Under the pieces are notes generated by a model. It was given only the letters and a program-made list of their open reading frames with translations. It did no database searches and was not told the DNA's origin. A DNA stretch of 43,176 nt, taken from assembly GCA_964229575.1 (NCBI GenBank), contig CAXRES010000131.1, positions 1 to 43,176 on the forward strand. The letters run 5' to 3'. Position 1 is the stretch's first letter. Each line of letters begins with the position of its first letter. This document shows positions 36,952 to 43,176 of this stretch, one piece after another. The translations under genes and the position numbers were made by a program. This stretch comes from Alphaproteobacteria bacterium. GTDB lineage: Bacteria > Pseudomonadota > Alphaproteobacteria > SMXQ01.

Positions 36952-37425
36952 TCAGGCAAGCCAGGCATCGTGATATGTGACGTCGTTCAGGTGCGGATGC
37001 CGCTTCGATCGTCCGGGGATGGGCTCGCCGCCGGGGGTGAGCCGCGTCGAGCGGTCGATCTTCATCGCGCTCGCGCCGCAGCGTAGCACGACCAGCGATT
37101 CCGGTCCCGGGTTGATGAACTCGTAAAAGCAGCCCTTGGGCAGGAAGATGCCCTGGTATTTCCCGACCGGCGGCAGTTTTCCGTTAACCGTGTTGAACTC
37201 GGCCACGCCGTGCAGCACGAAGAAGGCGTGTTCTTCCTCGATATGGCCGTGCAGGCCGTGGTCCTCGCCCCGGCAGGGGGCGTAGCAAAGGACGCGGAAG
37301 GTCGAATTCTCCCCCTGCATCAAGAGGCGCGAGGTCATGCCTTCGGCCACCAGATGGGTCTTGAGGTCGAGCAGGGTGGGTTCCAGCTCGCGAAAGCGTT
37401 GCAGGTCTTCCATCGTCACGGACAT
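36952..37425 (-). CDS. Monocupin domain protein
   Basis: HGLHGHIEEEHAFFVLHG, GIFLPKG; GGGAGG RBS before MSVTMEDL. Confidence 0.8.
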   Translation of the reverse strand: MSVTMEDLQRFRELEPTLLDLKTHLVAEGMTSRLLMQGENSTFRVLCYAPCRGEDHGLHGHIEEEHAFFVLHGVAEFNTVNGKLPPVGKYQGIFLPKGCFYEFINPGPESLVVLRCGASAMKIDRSTRLTPGGEPIPGRSKRHPHLNDVTYHDAWLA

Positions 37426-37451
37426 GCGCAGTCCTCCCTTTGCCGCAGCTC

Positions 37452-38495
37452 TTACTTGTAGATCATGCCCTGTTCGGTCATCAGCTTCCTGGCCAGTGCC
37501 ACGACCTCGGGCGGAGTCTTGTACATTTCGGCGATCAGGCGTTCGAGATCCTCGCCGGAGCGCGGGTCGACCTCGATCTGCATCTTCTTCGCCTCGGCGA
37601 GATAGCCGGGGTCCCTGGTCATGGCCAGAAAGGCCCCGCGCAATTCGCGCGTGCGTTCGGCCGGCAGGCCCGGAGGGGCGAGCAGCGGGAAGCCCAGTTC
37701 CTGGCGCGAGGCATAGAGCTTCATCACCTGGCGGCGGGCGTCGTCGACGGCGAGATCGAGCGCCAGCGGCACGTCGGGCAGCGCCGGGTGCGGCTTGAGC
37801 GCGAGCTGCATGATGATCTTCACCTTCCTGTCGCGCACCCACTGGGACTTGGTGCCCATCAGCGCGTTGTAGGACCAGCCGAGACGTCCTTCGACCTCGC
37901 CCTTCTCGATGGCGATATTGATTTCCGATCCGCCCTTGTAGCCCTTGACCACCTTGAACTTCGTTCCGGCCGTGGCGTTCATCAGGAGCGGCATTTCGTT
38001 CGTGTCGGCGCCGCCGCCGGTCGAACCGACGATGACCTGCCGGTTGCGCACGTCGGCCAGCGAATTGACGGGCACGGTGGCCCAGACGACGCCGAGCGTC
38101 ACTTCGCCCGAACGGCTGCCGATCCAGGTGAATTTCTGCACGTCGAAGCGCACGCCCGTCTGGCCGAACAGCGGCATCATGACGATGCCGCGCTGCACGG
38201 AGCCGAGTTCGGTGCCGTCCCTGGGCGAGATGTTGTAGAGCTGGTTCGCCGCCTGCACGCTGCCCGCGCCGGGAACGTTCTGCACGACCGGCGTCGGCTT
38301 GCCCGGCAGGTGATGCACGATGAAGCGTGCGGCAAGGCGCGCGTCGAGGTCGGTCAGGCCGCCCGCGCGGAAGCCGACGATGACGCGCAGGTTCTTGCCT
38401 GAATAGAATTCCTTCGACGACTGCGCGGCGGCGGGCTGCAACGGGGCGGACAGCGCCAGGGCCAGCGCGGCAACGGATACGTACCTGAGCATCAA
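37452..38495 (-). CDS. Bug/TctC tripartite tricarboxylate transporter substrate-binding protein
   Basis: FYSGKNLRVIVGF..GG..D, HLPGKP..VVQNVPGAGS, PRDGT, GYKGG. Confidence 0.9.
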   Translation of the reverse strand: MMLRYVSVAALALALSAPLQPAAAQSSKEFYSGKNLRVIVGFRAGGLTDLDARLAARFIVHHLPGKPTPVVQNVPGAGSVQAANQLYNISPRDGTELGSVQRGIVMMPLFGQTGVRFDVQKFTWIGSRSGEVTLGVVWATVPVNSLADVRNRQVIVGSTGGGADTNEMPLLMNATAGTKFKVVKGYKGGSEINIAIEKGEVEGRLGWSYNALMGTKSQWVRDRKVKIIMQLALKPHPALPDVPLALDLAVDDARRQVMKLYASRQELGFPLLAPPGLPAERTRELRGAFLAMTRDPGYLAEAKKMQIEVDPRSGEDLERLIAEMYKTPPEVVALARKLMTEQGMIYK

Positions 38496-38519
38496 CGGTC
38501 TCCTTCGGGCCAGAGCGGT

Positions 38520-39296
38520 CTAGTCGCTGAAATCCGGGGCGACGCGCCGGGCCAGCCGCAGGCAGGACTTCCAGTCCTTGCCGCCGCCGGTCGTGCGGTC
38601 GGCGTTGCGCCGCGACTGGTCTTCCATGTAGGCGACCACCTCGGGCGCGATGGCGACGATCTCGGCTCCGCCGGCAAGCGCCGCCACCTGCGCCTCGCAG
38701 GCGAGGTTGAGGTTGTGATGGGCGACGAAGACCTCGCCGACCGAGCCGCCGCAGACGAGCGAGCCGTGATTGCGCAGGAGCGCGACGTTGAGCTTGCCCA
38801 GGTCGCGGATCAGGGGCGCGCGCTGCCGCATGTCGAATTCGAAGCCGCCGAAGTCGTGGTAGGCGATCTTGCCGTGAAAGCGGATGCCGTGCTGGGTGAT
38901 CGGCAGGAGACCGTGCTTCTGGCAGGCGACGCCGATGGTCGCCGGCGTGTGCGTGTGGAAGATGCACTGCACATCGGGCCGGGCCGCGAACAGGCCGGCG
39001 TGGATGATCAGGCCGCCGCCGCGCAGCTTCGCCGTCAGGCCGGGCTGCGCCGGATTGCCGTCGAAATCGTATTTTTCGAGAGCCGAGGCCGTCACTTCCT
39101 CGAACATGGCGTCGGCGGCCTTGATCAGCATGTGTCCCGGTTCGCCGGGCACGCGCGCCGTCAGGTGGTTGTGGGTAAGGTCCGTCACGCCGAAATGGGC
39201 GAGCAGCCGGTGCGCCGCCGCCAGCTCGACCCTGACCTGCCATTCCGCTTCGCTGACCGTGGCGCGCAAGGGCGCGCTCATCGCCTCGACACTCAT
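38520..39296 (-). CDS. Class II aldolase/adducin family protein (adducin-like subgroup)
   Basis: EWQVRVELAA, NHLTARVPG, IHAG, HTHT, LRNHG. Confidence 0.9.
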   Translation of the reverse strand: MSVEAMSAPLRATVSEAEWQVRVELAAAHRLLAHFGVTDLTHNHLTARVPGEPGHMLIKAADAMFEEVTASALEKYDFDGNPAQPGLTAKLRGGGLIIHAGLFAARPDVQCIFHTHTPATIGVACQKHGLLPITQHGIRFHGKIAYHDFGGFEFDMRQRAPLIRDLGKLNVALLRNHGSLVCGGSVGEVFVAHHNLNLACEAQVAALAGGAEIVAIAPEVVAYMEDQSRRNADRTTGGGKDWKSCLRLARRVAPDFSD

Positions 39297-39420
39297 CGGC
39301 TCCTCCCTGCGTTGATCTTCGGGGCCCCCGGCGTGCCGGGTTGTTCCCCGGTTCTGCCGCCGGGACGACGATACACCGGGGCCGCCCGCCCGTCATCCGG
39401 GGCGGAAGACGGCGGGGGTC

Positions 39421-40179
39421 TCAGCCGAAGCTGCCGCCGCCGTTGGCGTTGAGGATTTCGCCGTTGACGTAGCTCGCCGCGTCGGAGGCGAGGAACATGG
39501 CCGCCCGCGCGATCTCCTCGGGCGTGCCCATGCGGCCCGCGAGGGTGCGCTGGCCGACGGCGGCCTTTGCCTCGGGCGAATAGTCGGCGGTCATCGCGGT
39601 GTCGGTCGCGCCGGGGCTGACGGCGTTGACCCGGATGGCGTAGGGCGCCAGCGAGCGGGCGAGCGCGCGGGTCAGCCCGATGATCGCCGCCTTGGAACTG
39701 ACGTAGGCCGGCCCGCCGCGGCCGTGCCCGCCGAGGCCCGAGACATTGATCGAGCCCGACCCGGTCAGCACGATCGCCCCGCCGCCGTGATCCATCATCC
39801 ATCGGGCGGCGGCTTTCGCCATCAGGAACGATCCCGTCACGTTGACCGCAAGCGTGCGGTTGAACGCCTCGGCGTCGAGCGCGTCCCAGGTTCCGGTCGA
39901 ATGCACGGCGGCGAAATGCAGCAGCGTATCGACGCCGCCGAAGTGCCGCGCGGCGGCGCCGACGGCGTCCGCGCAGGCGTCTTCGCGCGACACGTCGCAG
40001 GCGAGCGCGAGGAATCGATCGGGCGCAGCACCCTGGGGGGCAGGCGGGGCGGCGAGATCGAGCGCCGCGACCCGCCAGCCCGCCTCAAGCGCGCAAGCGA
40101 CGGCGGCGCGCCCGATGCCGCTCGCCGCCCCCGTGATGATCGCCGTGTGTGCCCCTTGCGCCATCGTCTTGTGCGCCAT
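39421..40179 (-). CDS. Short-chain dehydrogenase/reductase
   Basis: TGAASGIG, YVSSK (YxxxK), NAVSPG. Confidence 0.92.
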   Translation of the reverse strand: MAHKTMAQGAHTAIITGAASGIGRAAVACALEAGWRVAALDLAAPPAPQGAAPDRFLALACDVSREDACADAVGAAARHFGGVDTLLHFAAVHSTGTWDALDAEAFNRTLAVNVTGSFLMAKAAARWMMDHGGGAIVLTGSGSINVSGLGGHGRGGPAYVSSKAAIIGLTRALARSLAPYAIRVNAVSPGATDTAMTADYSPEAKAAVGQRTLAGRMGTPEEIARAAMFLASDAASYVNGEILNANGGGSFG

Positions 40180-40221
40180 TGTCTTGCCCGGCCCGCGGGG
40201 CCGGTGCTTCGACCGCCGCCG

Positions 40222-41457
40222 CTAGAACGTAGCGCCGCCCCAGGCCTTGGCCTTTTCGTTGTTGGGATCGTAGAGCTCAGGCTCCATGCGAAGCGTGGCG
40301 CCGTTTGCCCTGAGCGTGTCGGAAAATTCCTTGCGCAGGTACGGGTCTTCCATGTCGTAGGGAATGGCGCTGCCGCCCGCGCGCATGTCGATGGCGCCGG
40401 CATCGAGCTGCTTGACGCCCGGCAGGCCGGGCTTGCGCCCGCGCGCGTTGTTGGGGCCGAACCAGGCGGTGAGCCTGAGCGGATCCTTGCTGACGCCGAA
40501 ATGCTGGTGGAACCAGTCGCCCGACATCGGCGCGGCCGAAACCATGCCGACGGCCTCGTAATCCTGGCGGCGCACGCCTTCGGCCTTGCCGTCCTTCCAC
40601 GGCGTCGGTCCCAGTTCCTTCGGCCACGTATAGGTATAGCCCTTGCCCTTGACGCAGATCAGCACGGCCGCCGAGCCGTGATAGTGCGCCTTCGAGTAGC
40701 GCCCGGTTTCGTGTTGGCCGATCCACAGGTAGAAGCGGTTGCCGCCCATGTGCGGCTCGATGCGCCGGTAGCCCGGCGAACGCCGGTTGTCGAGCGGCAG
40801 TTCGCAGTTGACGATGTCGGGAATGATGTTGGTGCGCCGCATGGCGAGACCGCGCACCGGGTCGGGCGCCAGATCGTCCTTCGGCTTGAAATAGTCGTCC
40901 TCGCCGTCGTAGCGGTCGCGGAACACATAGGAATTGTTGAAGATGAAATCGGTATTGCCGTAGAGGTTGAGGGCGTTCGGCGCCGACGTGCCGGCCAGCA
41001 GGATGGCGGGCGACGATGCCGCGTTGATGATGCGGTGGCGGGCATTGAGCGGGATGACGAACAGCGAGCCCTTCTGCCACTCGAAGACCTGCTTCCTGCC
41101 GCCTTCCTGCCAGATCTCGGTGGTGCCGCGCCCTTCGCAGACCAGGTACTGCTCCTCGTACAGGTGCTTTTCCTCGTTCAGCGCGCCGCCGCCCGGCACT
41201 TCGACCACGTAGGAGCCCCACAGGCCTTCGGTGCCGTAGAGCTGGATGAAGCTGCCCTTGCCGCCCAGCCGCTTCCACGGCTTCATCGGCAGGTCCTGGA
41301 CGCGGTGAACCCCGATGTCGCGGTGGATCGGGATGCCTTCTTCTTCCATGAACCTGTCGTAGGGCATCGGCGGCGTGGCGAAGCTGCCCTTGCCGGCCTT
41401 CTTGTCGGTCGAGGTGATCTCGTGCCAGTGGGCGGACTGGATTTCGTCATGCGGCAT
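40222..41457 (-). CDS. Bicupin protein, paralog D (more divergent)
   Basis: EKHLYEE, PLNARH; YSKAHYHGS...WFHQHF; IPYDMEDP. Confidence 0.85.
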   Translation of the reverse strand: MPHDEIQSAHWHEITSTDKKAGKGSFATPPMPYDRFMEEEGIPIHRDIGVHRVQDLPMKPWKRLGGKGSFIQLYGTEGLWGSYVVEVPGGGALNEEKHLYEEQYLVCEGRGTTEIWQEGGRKQVFEWQKGSLFVIPLNARHRIINAASSPAILLAGTSAPNALNLYGNTDFIFNNSYVFRDRYDGEDDYFKPKDDLAPDPVRGLAMRRTNIIPDIVNCELPLDNRRSPGYRRIEPHMGGNRFYLWIGQHETGRYSKAHYHGSAAVLICVKGKGYTYTWPKELGPTPWKDGKAEGVRRQDYEAVGMVSAAPMSGDWFHQHFGVSKDPLRLTAWFGPNNARGRKPGLPGVKQLDAGAIDMRAGGSAIPYDMEDPYLRKEFSDTLRANGATLRMEPELYDPNNEKAKAWGGATF

Positions 41458-41691
41458 GGGGCATCTCCCTTTACGGTCGACGGGCCGAGGCGGTCGCCCG
41501 CGCCCGCGAAAAAGTGTTTTTGCACGGGCCGGGGCCCGTTTTTCCTCGGATTTCATGGTGCCACGCGGCCCCCCGGGAGGCAAGAGAAGCCCCTCCCTTG
41601 TGGGCCCGCGGGCGTGGTCCTAGTATTCGCCCTGAGACGGGTTTCCGCCGCCGCCGGCCAAGAGCGGCGCGGGCCGCAGGGAAGGAAAATC

Positions 41692-42741
41692 ATGCCGACG
41701 ATCGACGCCGATGCCCATGTCATCGAGACCCCCTATACCTGGTCGTTCATGCGCGAAGACGAGCAGCGCTTCCGCCCGCAGCTCCTGATCCGCGATCCCA
41801 ACGACGGCGCGCCGGACATTCCCAACCGCAAGGGCGACTTCTGGCTGATCGAGGGCGAGATCAAGTCGCGCACCAACGTCGGCAAGGACGTGCCCGCCGA
41901 ATCGCGCGACATGCGCGACGTATCGGCGCGCATCCGCCACATGGATGAGATCGGCATCGATGTCCAGGTGCTGTTTCCCTCGCTGTTCCTGCGCCCGATC
42001 ACGCGCGAACCCGATGTCGATTTCGCGCTGGCGCGCAGCTACAACCGCTGGCTCGCCGAAATCTGGAAGAAGGAACCGACGCGCCTGCGCTGGGTCCTGG
42101 TGCCGCCGCTGCAATCGCTGGTCAACCCCGGCAAGGTCCGCGAGGAACTGGAATTCTGCAAGGCCAACGGCGCCTGCGGCATCTTCATGCGCGGCATGGA
42201 ATGCGACCGCCTGCTGTCGCACCGCTATTTCTTCCCGCTCTATGAAATGGCGCAGGACCTCGGCCTGCCGATCTGCCTGCATGCCGGCGTCGATTCCTAC
42301 GAATACCACGACATGCTGCAGCCGCAGAATTCGATGATGACCTTCAAGTTTCCGGTCATGGGATCCTTCGGATCGCTTCTGGAAAAGGAGGTTCCGGCGC
42401 GTTTTCCGGACCTGCGCTGGGCCTTCATCGAAACGAGCGCGCAATGGGTGCCCTATGTGCTGGGCGAAGCGCGGCTGCGTCTTGCGCGGCGCGGACTTCA
42501 GGCGAAGAATCCGATGCAGGGCGTCAACTTCTACATCACGACGCAGCGCACCGACGATCTGCCGTGGCTGCTGTCGGAAATCGGCGACGACAACCTGATC
42601 ATCGGCACCGACTACGGGCACCGCGATTCGGCGACGGAGGTGGGGGCGCTCAAGCGCATGGCCGAGGACGGAAACCTGCCCAAGGCGAGCGCGCGCAAGA
42701 TACTCGAAACCAATCCCGGACGCCTCTACGGGCTCGCCTGA
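41692..42741 (+). CDS. Amidohydrolase_2 family protein (ACMSD/LigW/LigY-like decarboxylase or hydrolase)
   Basis: IDADAHV, MD..GIDVQVLFPS, ARSYNRW, LHAG, GTDYGH, N..RLYG. Confidence 0.88.
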   Translation: MPTIDADAHVIETPYTWSFMREDEQRFRPQLLIRDPNDGAPDIPNRKGDFWLIEGEIKSRTNVGKDVPAESRDMRDVSARIRHMDEIGIDVQVLFPSLFLRPITREPDVDFALARSYNRWLAEIWKKEPTRLRWVLVPPLQSLVNPGKVREELEFCKANGACGIFMRGMECDRLLSHRYFFPLYEMAQDLGLPICLHAGVDSYEYHDMLQPQNSMMTFKFPVMGSFGSLLEKEVPARFPDLRWAFIETSAQWVPYVLGEARLRLARRGLQAKNPMQGVNFYITTQRTDDLPWLLSEIGDDNLIIGTDYGHRDSATEVGALKRMAEDGNLPKASARKILETNPGRLYGLA

Positions 42742-42779
42742 GGCGGGCGGGCGGTCCGGATCAACAGGGAACCACCGAC

Positions 42780-43175
42780 ATGACTCCCGACAGTCCGCTG
42801 CATGCCCGCGGAATCCTGCACTTCACCATTTCGGTGAGCGACCACGTCAAGTCCTCGAAGTTCTACGCCGATCTGCTCGGCTGCGAGATCGAGCGGGTGA
42901 GCGATCACTTCGCCTTCATGAAGGCGGGGCCGGACTTTTTCGTGCTCTACAGGAATCCGGGCCACGTTTCGCCGAACGGTCCCGGGGGCACGCGCTTCCA
43001 TCATGCCTTCATCGTCACGCCCGAGGAATTCGACCGCGCCCGCGACCTGATCAGAGCCCGGGGTATCGAGGAATTGCAGCCGGGCACCCAGAACCACCGC
43101 AGCTTCCCGGGACGGCACATCTACTTCCACGATCCCGACGGTAACGGCGTGGAAATCACCGACGTCGGCGCCTGA
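42780..43175 (+). CDS. VOC/glyoxalase family protein
   Basis: LHFTISVSD, HHAF, IYFHDPDGNGVE. Confidence 0.88.
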   Translation: MTPDSPLHARGILHFTISVSDHVKSSKFYADLLGCEIERVSDHFAFMKAGPDFFVLYRNPGHVSPNGPGGTRFHHAFIVTPEEFDRARDLIRARGIEELQPGTQNHRSFPGRHIYFHDPDGNGVEITDVGA

Positions 43176-43176
43176 A

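Noticed and set aside
36952-39396. 814-aa minus-strand ORF
   Set aside because: Off-frame Arg/Pro-rich read-through over the aldolase and Bug genes; only the last 157 aa (cupin) are real
39724-42741. 1005-aa ORF suggesting a giant fusion ending in an amidohydrolase
   Set aside because: The upstream part is the antisense shadow of the SDR and bicupin genes; the real start is ATG 41692 with an RBS

Overview
High-GC bacterial DNA, probably alphaproteobacterial given the GANTC-centred, CTAG-bounded intergenic repeats. The whole 43 kb is a dense catabolic and transport region of about 39 genes with heavy paralogy: 3 Rieske oxygenase alpha subunits (phthalate-dioxygenase/LigX type), 4 uncharacterised bicupins plus 1 monocupin, 4 class II aldolase/adducin proteins, 3 tandem RraA/HMG-aldolase-fold genes, and ABC importer parts (3 binding proteins, 3 fused permeases, 2 ATPases). 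Single-copy genes include a TPP enzyme, a UbiD decarboxylase, a sulfatase, a TauD dioxygenase, a Pht5-like protein, a LigB-like dioxygenase, a MetE-C-terminal-like protein, an amidohydrolase, an SDR, a VOC protein, an orphan Bug/TctC protein, two MFS transporters and the 5' part of a molybdo-hydroxylase large subunit. I recognised no regulator, Rieske reductase/ferredoxin, UbiX, mobile element, RNA gene or CRISPR array. The most notable observations are: (i) a Rieske-bicupin-bicupin-SBP-bicupin-permease unit whose bicupins carry the 3-His site in the C-terminal domain and whose SBP has an unexplained Cys-containing C-terminal domain; (ii) a triple tandem RraA array; (iii) three diverged copies of a ~100-bp two-hairpin intergenic element with compensatory base changes. 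All product calls come from motif recognition by eye, with no database searches.
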